Below, piece after piece: positions 18,896-30,000 of a stretch of 33,484 nt of DNA (the first letter of the stretch is position 1; each line of letters opens with the position of its first letter). The DNA lies in assembly GCF_024521635.1 (NCBI RefSeq), contig NW_026250430.1, positions 496,001 to 529,484 of the forward strand, written 5' to 3'. Source of the stretch: Tricharina praecox (taxonomy: Eukaryota). The notes under the pieces were generated by a model. It was given only the letters and a program-made list of their open reading frames with translations. It ran no database searches and was not told the DNA's origin. The position numbers and the translations under genes are program-made.

Positions 18896-20880
18896 ATGGC
18901 ATCCCCCTGCAGACCAATTGCCGCACCCTCCTCGAACGTGCATATGCTCCGACTGGAGCGCCCACAATCCCTTCAAGAGGTCATCAAAGATGCTTCTATG
19001 ATGACTCAACCGTCAAAGTTCGTAGCCCGCAGACTGGGTCGGGATGATGATCAACCTCCACCGCACACCGCCAAGAGACCTTCGATCCCTCTACGTCGCC
19101 TGTGACAAAATCTTCGACCACGGGAACCGCCAAATGCGAGAAATCGAACAAAACTACGAGGCACTCTATCGCGGTTGCCAGTACCTGTTCGATCTCCAGA
19201 ACTCAGACGCTACGGTCCAACAAGAATGGTTGCGCACGGAACTATCCGCAATCCCGAACGCAGCGCAGGCCTTCAGTAGTGATGTCTGGGACATAATCAC
19301 CTAAAAAACGAACGATGCAACACGGCGAATTTTCATCCAGGAAGAAGCGAATGCACGCATGAAAGACGCGATGGTATTCCTCCAGACGGCAGATCTCGAA
19401 CGCCAGTGGGAGCAGGCCCAGTACCGACAAAACCTGGAAAGATGGGCAACACAGCAGAAAGCGGAGACGGCTCGGCTCACGTCAGAACAGAAGAAACTCG
19501 CAGACACAATAGCCAAAACAAAAGGGCAACCCGAGAAGTCTCCCTTCGCGGCCGGGCACCCCGCGGCGCTACACCCCCATGGGCCCGCAGGAGCCCGCCA
19601 AGATCTCAGTCAACGGACTCTTATCCACCACCTCAGAGTAGTGGCACTGGACGAAGAGGAGCACCCCCAATCCCCCCGAGACCTCCAGTAATTGCCCCAG
19701 GTGGGCAGCCATCGGACGACGACCCGATGGACGAAGACAACAGGCATTCATCAAGCCCTCCTCCGCGCCGACCGAGGGAGACTCGCGCATCTCCCGAACC
19801 TAACGAGACCGACGAACGTCGCTTCGCTAGAGTTCTCTCGGAAGCATTCAAAGCTTCCCAAGAAAGACTGCAAAAGCTCCATCTCAGCAATCCAAAGAGC
19901 TTTGACGGCAAGCGTACCACCCCCTTCTGCCCTTGGTGGGACGCGGTGGAAGAATACTTTGACTTCTATCCGCGGACCGAGGACCGCCAGCGCACCGTGT
20001 GAATAGGCACATTGCTTACCCATGAGGCACTGGAATGGCGCCAGGCACGGCGAAGGACCTTACGACGGCGGGACACCTGGCAAGCGTACGCAGACGCTAT
20101 TTAGGAAGAATACCTGGACCCCCGTGAGGCCGGAGAGGCATTGGACAAGATGTGGGCCCTTCATTATAAGGGAGATATCAAATCATACCTCACCTCATTC
20201 AGGGCTTAAATCTTCACGCTCAAGTCACCGGAGACGCCTTGCAAGACATGATCGATAAAGCCATGCCCGCTGATATCATCGATATGCGCTTCGCCCAAAA
20301 TGCGGGAATCTTCCGGGAAGACGAGCCGTTCCTACACGCGACCTACGAAGCAGGACGGCACGTGGAGCGCAAGAAGGCGCTGCTGAAATCAAAAGAGAGG
20401 GGTGGACCGGGTGGCCATAGTTCGAGTGGTAGCTCGAAGGAATCTGGCAAGGGGCTGAAAAGCCAGCGAAAGAAAAAGGAGGACCACCGGCCGAAGGGAC
20501 ATTCGAGCCGAGCTGGTCAGTCCAGTTCACGGACGGGTAAAGAGGAGGGGATCTGGGATGGGATAAAAGCAGCATTGGATGAGGCCCCTCAGCAGGAGAT
20601 AGACGCCCACAAGAAGTCCGGTGGCTGCATGAGAAGTGGAAGAGACGGACACCGAGCACTTGCCTGCAATGCAGCGAAGACGGTCGGCAACACCCAACTT
20701 CCGCCAGCCCCACGAAAAGTCGCTGGCGCAAACAAGCGAAAGCGCGGCGCAGATGACTCGTCGCAACCACCAAAATCGAAGGCATCCAAAACCGCCGCAG
20801 TGGATATCAGGGACGAGGCCATGAGAGATGTCCCTCCCGTCTGGGCGAAAGGATCGTACGAGGAGCAGGATTTTTGTTAG
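18896..20880 (+). pseudogene. gag: gag of B1 (frameshifts and stops)
   Basis: Fragments in several frames match C2 Gag: RDLRSLYVACD, WLRTELS, PKSFDGK..WWDAVEEY, DIIDMRF and a decayed CCHC (CMRSGRDGHRALAC). Confidence 0.88.
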
Positions 20881-23739
20881 GTCAATGTCTGCCGCAGCCT
20901 AATACCACGGTGTATATATGCGGCACATCCAGAAAACGACCTGGTCCCCAACCCGAGAAAAACGAACGGGATAAGAGAAGACGGACAACCGCTACGTCCG
21001 CGCCCAAGCCAAGAAACCGCAACCGACCGATACTGGAGATGATGTTACACTGGGGCAACAAACAACAATGCCGAAACTGGGTGTTACTAGACACCGGCTG
21101 TTCTACCACCCTCCTGGACTCCTCCCTATCGTCACGGTAACAGATTCCCCGGCAGAAGCACGAACAAGCAGTCAGCTTGCGTGGCTTTACCGGCAAACCC
21201 ATCAAAGAAGGCGGCCAATATCATACAATGCCCCTTCTCCTCCAATACCGGAACCACTACTCCCAGGAAGTATTCGAGATGACCTCCCTCGAACCAGGAG
21301 TGGACGCGTTCCTCCCGTACTGGTTGATAGCCAAGCACGCCCCACAAGGTGCTTGGGACACCCCCAAACACCGCTTCAACCGCCCCTCCTGTTTGAAGAA
21401 CTGCACCAAGCACGCAGCCACGGAGTTTCCCCTAAGCTATGACCCGGAGATTGCAAACAATCCGGACGCCAGGGTAATAGGATACGCCGCGGCCGTTGAG
21501 CTGGCGACGAATTCCTTGGAACAGATACCAGAAGAATTCCGCGACTTTCTTGATATCACGGGAAAAGAAGCTGCAGATGCACTTCCGGAACACCGCTCCT
21601 ACGACCACGAGATCTGGGTCAAGGAAGATACCACACCTCCTTGGGGTCCGATCTATGCCCTCTCGGAAGCAGAGCTAGAAGTCCTCCGAGAATGGTTGAA
21701 GGACATGCTACGAACCGGAAAGATACGCCGGTCCACCTCCAGCGCGGGAGCCCCCATTCTCTTCGTCCCGAAAGCCCATCGACGTGGTCTTCGCCTTTGC
21801 GTCGACTATCGAGGACTCAACCGCGTCACTATCGCCAATCGATACTCACTCCTACTTATGTCTGAACTACAAGACAGGATCCGTGGAGCACAGTTCTTCA
21901 CCAAGATTCACCTGAAGAATGGGTATCACCTGGTACGCATCAAAGAAGGGGACGAGCGGAAGACAGCATTCCGAACACGTTATGGCCTCTACGAATTTCG
22001 CGTTATGCCGTTTGGGCTGTCCAACGCACCTGCTACCTTCCAGGACATGGTTAATCATATCTTCCGGGATATGATTGATCTCGGCCTGGTTGCCTATATT
22101 GACAACCTTCTCATCTACGCCTCTACTAGGGCGGAGCATGATGAAATCGTCAAAGAAGTTCTGCGACGTCTGACGGCTAACAAACTTGCCGTATCAGCGG
22201 AAAAATGCGAGTGGAGGAAGCATGAGGTCGAATTTCTCGGCTACATAGTAGGCCGAGAAGGAATTAAGATGGCAGGGGACAAAGTGGAAAGTGTGCTTGA
22301 GTGGGAAGTACCCCGGTCCCTGCGAGGCGTTCAATCCTTTCTGGGCTTCGCTAACTTCTATCGCCGCTTTATCAAGGACTACTCGAGGGTCGCGCGCCCG
22401 TTGACGGAGTCTACAAAAGGCGATAAGAAGGATTGGCAATGGACGCCCGATATGCAGAAATCCTTTGACGATCTGAAGAAACGCTTCCCTACCGCTCCGA
22501 TACTGGCCCACTTCCAACCCAATGAACCGGTTATCGTTGAAACAGACGCATTAGATCTTGCCCTCGGTGCCGTCCTATCCCAGAAGGATGAAGAAGGAAG
22601 ACTGCACCCTGTCGCCTACCATTCGAGGAAATTCTCTCCCGCGGAAATCAACTATGAAATCCACGACAAAGAGCTACTCGCCATTGTCGACGCTCTCAAG
22701 CACTGGAGACGATTCCTCAAAGGCGCACAGCATCAAGTGCAAGTCTTTAGCGGCCACCAGAACCTTGAGTACTTTACAACCACAAAAGTACTCAATTTTC
22801 GCCAGGCACCATGGGCACAGGAGCTCGCCGGCATCGATTTCAAGATCTACTACCGGCCCGGATATCAGAATGGAAAACCGGATGCTCTTTCCCGGCGCCC
22901 GGAATACCGCCCTGAAAAAGGGGAGGGTGAGGATCAACCAATGACGACGATCCTGCACAAAAAACACTTTTCAGGAAAGAACAATGTCTCTTCAATCAGC
23001 ACGGCTGGACACGGTACCTCGTTTCTGATCTCGTCGGTACGGCTAACCTCTACCCCAACACGGAAATGGTCTTTGGAGTTTTTGGAATTGGTGCGCCAGA
23101 AGGGAGGATCTGACGCTGAGTGAGAGAAAGCTCTCAAAAGCGTTGGTGAAGCGGCTTCTGAGGAACAGAAGCCGAATACCGGAAAGGGTGAGGAGGTAGC
23201 GGCACGTGGGAATTCCGTGCCAAATGACCGCAAGGTCAAGGAGGATGCCGTTCGGAGCAGAGACTCTGAACGGATGACCCGAAAGGCCGGGATACTGAGG
23301 GTGCAAGATGGATGTGTGTACCGGAAGGAGAAGTTGTGGATACCGAACAACACAGGCCTGATCCAGCAGATCCTGGAGTCAGAGCACGATACCAAAGTCG
23401 CCGGCTATATGAGCTAGGACAAAACAATCGAGTTGATTCAACGCAACTTTTGGTGGCCAAAAATGGACGAAGCCATCCTCGACTCCGTGCGGGGCTGTCC
23501 AGAATGTCAAAAACATAAGACAGCGCGACACCAACCCTATGGACTCCTAAACCCCCTCGAACTACCTTACGCTCCATGGCAATCCATCGTTATGGACTTC
23601 ATAACCGATCTACCCGAGTCCGAGGAATGCAACCAACTCTGGGTAGTCATCGACCGATTCACCAAGATGGCGCATTTCATTCCTCTACGCAAAGACGGCA
23701 AGACGGCCAGCGACCTCACGAAGATCTTTGCCCGCGAAA

Positions 23740-24350
23740 TGTCACGGCTCGCGACGGAATGACGAAGGGAGGGTCAGCACAGGGATCCGGAGAGTTGGGG
23801 GGCAGTGCAGAGGCAGTGCACCGGCAGTGCAAGGATGAGCCGCAGAGGATTGGGGGCTGTGTGCAGGGAGCAGGGATCGCGCAGTAATTAGTCGCAGGAG
23901 AATGGGGGCTGTGTGCAGGGAGCAGGGATCGCGCAGTAATTAGTCGCAAGAGATAGGGGCGGTGTGCAGGAAGCAGGGGTAGTGCGGCTGCGCAGGGTAT
24001 GAGTCACGGAAGTGGGGTACTGGCAAGGTGGATTTCTCAGGGTCTGGCACACGCCCACGGTCATTGTCAGGTTGCGGGAAGAAGTGGAGGATTTCCTATA
24101 TAAACGGGCCGTTGCCCCTCTGCATTTAGTTCTTCACGCAACAACTTGTTAATACAACCACTGTTACCTCTGTACTTGCCTCGGCTGCCGTCTGCACCGT
24201 AGTCCTTGTCCCTGCCTCTGTTCTCAGTTGCCGTCTGCACTGAGCCCTGCGTTACCTTGTCCTCCGAACCAGTCTTGCCTCAATCGAACACAGAACCTGA
24301 TCCCCAGCCCGGCTTCGCTACCTGGAGCCTTGCCCGACCGTGCCGTTACA
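23740..24350 (+). mobile_element. Family-A solo LTR variant (611 bp) in the B1 integrase; imperfect TSD CGAAA/CTAAA
   Basis: Aligns to the A2 LTR end to end with an internal tandem expansion. The host codons FARE|IWRFHG rejoin across it. Confidence 0.93.
23851..23980 (+). repeat. 51-52 bp tandem repeat, about 2.5 copies, in U3 of the solo LTR
   Basis: TGGGGGCTGTGTGCAGGGAGCAGGGATCGCGCAGTAATTAGTCGCA at 23851 and 23903; a partial third copy at 23954. Confidence 0.9.
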
Positions 24351-27005
24351 CTAAATCTGGCGCTTCCACGGTCTACCCTCGGATATTGTATCGGACAGAA
24401 ATTCCCGCTTCACGTCGGATACGTGGAAGGAATTTATGAAACTTTTAGGCATCAAGGCAAGGATGTCTACGGCGTTTCACCCCCAAACAGACGGGCAAAC
24501 AGAACGCCTGAACCAGACGATGGAAGCATACCTCCGCTCCTTCGGCAACAAAGACCAAGACGGCTGAGTTAGCCTCCGCTCCATGGCTGAGTTTGTCTAC
24601 AACAACTCGGTCACCTCGGCTACCGGATTCTCGCCGTTCTACGCCAACAATGGATTCCACCCAGCAGCTAGCGGACCCGCTGCGACGGATCCCCACAAGC
24701 CCGCCAGCACTATCTACACGCACAGGATGCAGACTGTGCACGAGGAGACCATCAAGTCCCTTGAACAAACACAGGAACGCATGCGCCGTTACGCCGACCA
24801 ACGTCGCCAAGAGGCCCCCGCTTATCAGGTAGGAGACCTGGTAATGCGCAGCGGACGGAACATCCAAATACACCGCCCCTTGAGGAAACTGGACCACAAA
24901 AATTGTGGCCCGTACCAAATCGAGAGGATAGTTTCCCCCCTCGCCGTCAAGCTCACGCTACCTCGGAAATGGAAAATACACGATGTTTTCGATGTCTCGC
25001 TCGTCGAACCCTACTAAGCAGGCAACTGAGATCTCCCTGACCCGTCTAAAATACTCCGGGAAGCCGATGGCGTCGAGAGCAATAAGGAATACGATGACGA
25101 AGAGGTTATGAGTAGCACCAAGAAAGGACAACGCGTACTCTACCTCGTGAAATGGCTCAACTATACCAGCAAACGGGATTGGACTCATGAGCCTTGCGAC
25201 AACTTTTCACTATGTGGTCGGGCGGAACCGCGAGAGTTCCACCGCAAGAATCCGAACGCACCGAGGGACTATCGGCTCACAGAAGACTAGGAGTTTTATC
25301 CACTAGGTTTTTGTCTTGAGTCGAGCGATGGTGGGATGCAGGGGTTGGAGGACTGCATTCACCGTATATAGATTAGATTGAACTCCGCATGCTTTGGGAT
25401 GAAAGCATCGGAGCGGGGAGATGGTGTAACAACCTGGTTGTAGGCGGCCTGGCGTCGGGGTCCGGCTTCTTCCCAACGCGAGTTCGGGAAAAATAGTTAG
25501 CTAGATCGGAGAGCAGGAGAAAGCAACCTTTAGATTAGTCGTAGCTAGTCAGAGACGAGATAGGAAGGAAGGAAGCAAAGGTGACCAGAGTTGAGGTGGG
25601 ATCAGAGGCGCAGCGATACACACGAAAGTCCCATACAGTCATGCTTGACTTGAGACAGGCGAATCACGAGCAAGCGCAGAGAAAACTCTGTTCGGAGAAA
25701 TACCACTATGACAAGTGTTGCCCCTCTTCTCGCGTCTCAAGCAAATAAGAACCGTGCAGAAAGGTGCAGCCGTTGCCCAGCCAAGACATAGCTGAAACCG
25801 GACTACGCTCGGGTAAGGATTGGTGCACCATACCTGCCTAGGTTGTATAAACTATCCTGAAGGCTTACGCCGACTATGATGTCATGGCGGAGAAAGTCTC
25901 TGCACAAAGTGCAGAGATTTCACGCCGGGGTTTGAATCCTGCAGCAAGATTCGGCAACGGCTGGCACGTGACTTGACCAAATCACCCAACTATATAGACT
26001 TCCTACGACACGGCGAATAATTCATCATCAGAATCAGCAGCAAGAAAACCATCGACAGTACCCCTTAAGATTATTCCGTTTGTGGAAGAAAGACTACTGT
26101 CTATCTTCATCTTTATCCTATTCTATCAATCGACTCCGACGACCGAAATGGTTCCAGTCTCACAAGAGCACCGTGTGTGAGACTGGGACGGGTTTGTGTC
26201 GTCGGAGTCTATAGTAAAATCGAGGATAGAATAAAAGTCAGGGATTTCGATAATTCACAACGGAATAATCTTAAGGGTGTTTGTTCGATGGTTTGTTCGG
26301 TGCGATGATTGTGTTTTGTTCGGTTGCCCGCTCGGTTCGACTTATAGTCGTCCCGATCCTCAGCACGTGATTCCTCTAGAGTGCGGCCTAACGTAGCTCC
26401 GTTGCTTCCTTTGCATCGGAGTTCCGCGGCCTAGCCTTGAGTCGTCGTCAGCTCTCTTCGGATAGTCTTCTCGACTAGGCAGGTGGTAAACACCACGCGC
26501 CCAAGATAGATCGGAGTTTCCGAGCAATTATCTCCCTCATGCGCCGGCAGAGTTCTTCGCTCGAAGTTGTCTGCCCCCATCGGTCGATGTTCGATTCTCT
26601 CGTCATAACAGTTTTTTCCTGGATCGGAGTTCCTACTGCGGGGCCCTATGATCGGAGATCTCAAAGTCCTCTGGACTGTTATCCCGATCTCCCGCATCTC
26701 CGATCACTGTCTAGACTCTGGAATCCGTTTGCTCCCTCCTTCCTATCTTGTCCTTGATCGCTTCTAACTATCCTTTCGGCTTGCAACTCTATTCTAATCA
26801 CCCGAACTATCTAATCACATCTCTTGCGACCGTCGTGACCTCCGATACCTATCAGGGTGTCACACCATCTCCCCTCCCACGAGGCTTCGGCCCGAAGCAC
26901 CCAAGCCCTCGCCTTTATCCTAACTTGATAACTGTGGATGAAGTCCTCCATCCCCTTCATCCTACTACCTGCCCGAGTTCGAGAAAACCACATGGGAAAA
27001 AACTC

Positions 27006-30000
27006 TTACTCATCTGTGAGCTGGTAGTCCCTCGGCGCATCGGGATTTTTGCGATGAAACTCGCGTAGCTTTTCCCGACCGCGTACTGAGAAGTTGACGA
27101 ATGGCTCGTTCGTCCAGTCCCGTCGTTCGGGGTAGTTGAGCCATTTGACGAGGTAGAGCACTCGTCGACCTTTCTTAGAGCTGCCCATAACGTCATCGAC
27201 GTCGCATTCTTCGTTGCCTTCCACATCATCCGCCTCTCGTAAGATTTGAGAGGGATCCGGTGGTGCTCGGGTGCCGGCTCGGAACGGTTCAACGAGCGAG
27301 ACGTGAAAGACATCATGAATCTTCCACTTCATTGGCACAGTGAGCTTGACAGCGAGCGGCGATACGATCTTCTCGATTTGGAAGGGACCATGGTTCTTGT
27401 GGTCCAACTTCCGCGAGGGTCGGCGGGTTTGAATGTTCCGCCCATTGAGCATTACCAAGTCTCCTACTTGATAAGCCGGTGCCTCCTGACGATGTTGATC
27501 TGCATACTTGCGCATTCGTTCGCGCGTTCGTTCGAGGGTCTTGATGTTTTCCTCGTGGACTGTATGCATCCAGTGAGCGTAGACCTTGCTGGCGGGGTTG
27601 AGAGAATTTGCCGCAGCAGGGTTTGTCGCCGACGGGTGGTATCCGAAATTCGCATAGAAGGGCGACATTCCGGTTGCCGATGTAACCGAGTTGTTGTAGG
27701 CAAACTCAGCCATCGGTAGGAGATTCACCCAATCGTTCTGTTCGTAGTTGACGAAGGAGCGGAGGTATGCTTCGATCGTCTGGTTGAGGCGTTCGGTTTG
27801 TCCATCCGTCTGTGGGTGGAACGCTGTTGACATCCGGGGCTTAATGCCTAGCAGCCGGATGAATTCTTTCCATGTACCCGAGGTAAACCGTGAGTCTCGG
27901 TCCGACACTATGTCTGCTGGTAATCCGTGAAAGCGCCATATCTCGCGGGCAAAAATCTTCGCGAGATCCTCGGCTATCTTTCCATCCTTAGGTAGGGGGA
28001 TGAAATGCGCCATCTTGGTGAAGCGGTCGACGACCACCCATAGCTGGTCGCATCCGTTGGATTCCGGTGGGTAGGTAATGAAGTCCATGGCTATTGATTG
28101 CCATGGGGTGTATGGTAACTCGAGGGGATTGAGTAGTCCATACGGCTGGTGCCTTGTTGCTTTGTCCTTCTGACACTGCGCGCAACTCCGGACGAAGTCT
28201 ATAATCTGCTCGTCCATCTTTGGCCACCAGAAATTGCGTCGGATAAGTTCGATAGTCTTGTCCTGGCCCATATGCCCCGCGACTTTCGTATCGTGTTCCG
28301 CCTCGAGGATGTGTCTGACGAGTTCCTTATCGTCTGGTACCCATAGCCTTTCTTTCCTATACAGGCACCCCTCTTCCATCCTCAAAATCCTGGCCTTTCG
28401 GCCCATCCTGCCGGAGTCCCTACTCTCGGCGGCCAGTTCCCAGGCCTTTCGGCCCTCCGACTCAGTGTCCTTCTGAGCCGCGTCCTCGTTCGTGTCCTTG
28501 ATGCTGCTCAGAGCCTCCTGATACCCAGCATCTTCCTTTCCTGCCTTCCTGACCCAACCCAGAAATTCTTCATTCCACTTTGGCACGGGGATTGAATGTA
28601 GCCGAGTTGACGAAACCAGAAACACGGTGCTCTCGCCTCCGGTGCTGATTGATGAAACTCTCGAATCGTCGCCTGCAAAGTGTGATTTATGCAGGATCGT
28701 CGTAATCGGCTGATCTTCACCCCCCCCTTTTTCAGGGCGGTACTCCGGGCGCCTGGATAATGCGTCAGGCTTGCCGTTCTGGCTGCCGGGCCGGTAGTAG
28801 ATTTTGAAGTCGATGCCAGCGAGTTCTTGTGCCCATCTCGCCTGCCGTCGATTGAGTACTTTCGTGGTTGTGAAGTACTTAAGGTTCTGGTGGTCGCTGT
28901 ACACCTGGATCTGGTGTTTTGCTCCCTCAAGGTATTGCCGCCAGCGTTTGAAAGAGTCTACTATCGCGAGTAGTTCCTTATCGTGAATCTCAAAGTTGAT
29001 TTCGGCTGGGGTAAACTTTCTTGAGTGGAACGCAACTGGGTGTAACTTCCCATCCTCTGTCCTTTGAGATAGGACCGCGCCCAACGCGAAGTCCGAAGCG
29101 TCGGATTCCACCACGACAGGTAATTCTGGGTTGAAGTGCCCGAGAATCGGTGCCGTGGTGAACCTAGACTTCAGCTCCTCGAAGGCCAGTTCCATCTCCG
29201 CTGTCCATCTCCAATCCTTCCCTTTTTCTTTTGTGCTCTCGGTCAAGGGTCTCGTGATCTTTGAGAAATCCTTGATGAAGCGCCTGTAAAAATTGGCGAA
29301 CCCAAGAAAGGCTTGTACTTCCTTCAGGGACCGCGGCGCCTCCCACGAGAGCACAGATTCCACCTTGTCCTTAGCCATCTCAATTCCATCTTGGGATATC
29401 ACGTATCCTAGGAACTCGACTCTCCCTGTCGACCAGACACACTTCTCTGGTGAGATTGCCAACTTATTTTCTTCCAACCTCTTTAGTACCTCGATGACTA
29501 TCTTGTCAAGCTCCTCGTGCGTCTTCGCATAGATGAGGAGGTCATCGATGTACGCGACCAGTCCCAGGTCCAACATATCCCGAAATATGTGGTTAATCAT
29601 GTCCTGAAACGTCGCTGGAGCGTTGGTCAGCCCAAACGGCTTGACCAAAAACTCAAACAGTCCGTATCGACAGCGGAAAGCCGTCTTCCACTCGTCACCT
29701 TCCTTGATGCGGATAAGGTGATAGCCATTCTTCAGATCAATCTTGGTGAAGACTTTCGCACCCCTGACTCTGTCTTGCAACTCTGCCATGATCGGGAGTG
29801 GGTAGCGATTGGCTACGGTAATCTTGTTGATACCGCGATAGTCGACACACAATCGGAGACCCCTGCCGTGCGCCTTTGGTACAAATAATATCGGCGCCCC
29901 GGCTGGTGATTTGGATCTTCGAATCTTGCCTGTCTGGAGCATCTCCTTGAGCCACTCCCTGAGGGCCTCAAGTTCTTTCTCTGACAGGGCATAGATAGGA

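Larger units (their letters stand above)
20874..25290 (+). pseudogene. pol: pol of B1, disrupted and split by a family-A solo LTR
   Basis: LLDTGC; RT with YIDN instead of YIDD; RNase H; integrase pieces; YLVKWLNY chromodomain; several stops and frameshifts. Confidence 0.92.
18094..26164 (+). mobile_element. Degenerate, probably recombinant family-B chromovirus (B1); LTRs 18094-18845 and 25425-26164
   Basis: Two related TG...CTCACA repeats (752 and 740 bp), PBS 18848-18858, PPT GGGGAGATGG before 25425, and gag/pol remnants. The flanks ACTGC and AGAGC do not form a TSD. Confidence 0.9.

Noticed and set aside
23851..23980. CRISPR-like array
   Set aside because: Contiguous tandem units without unique spacers, inside a eukaryotic LTR.
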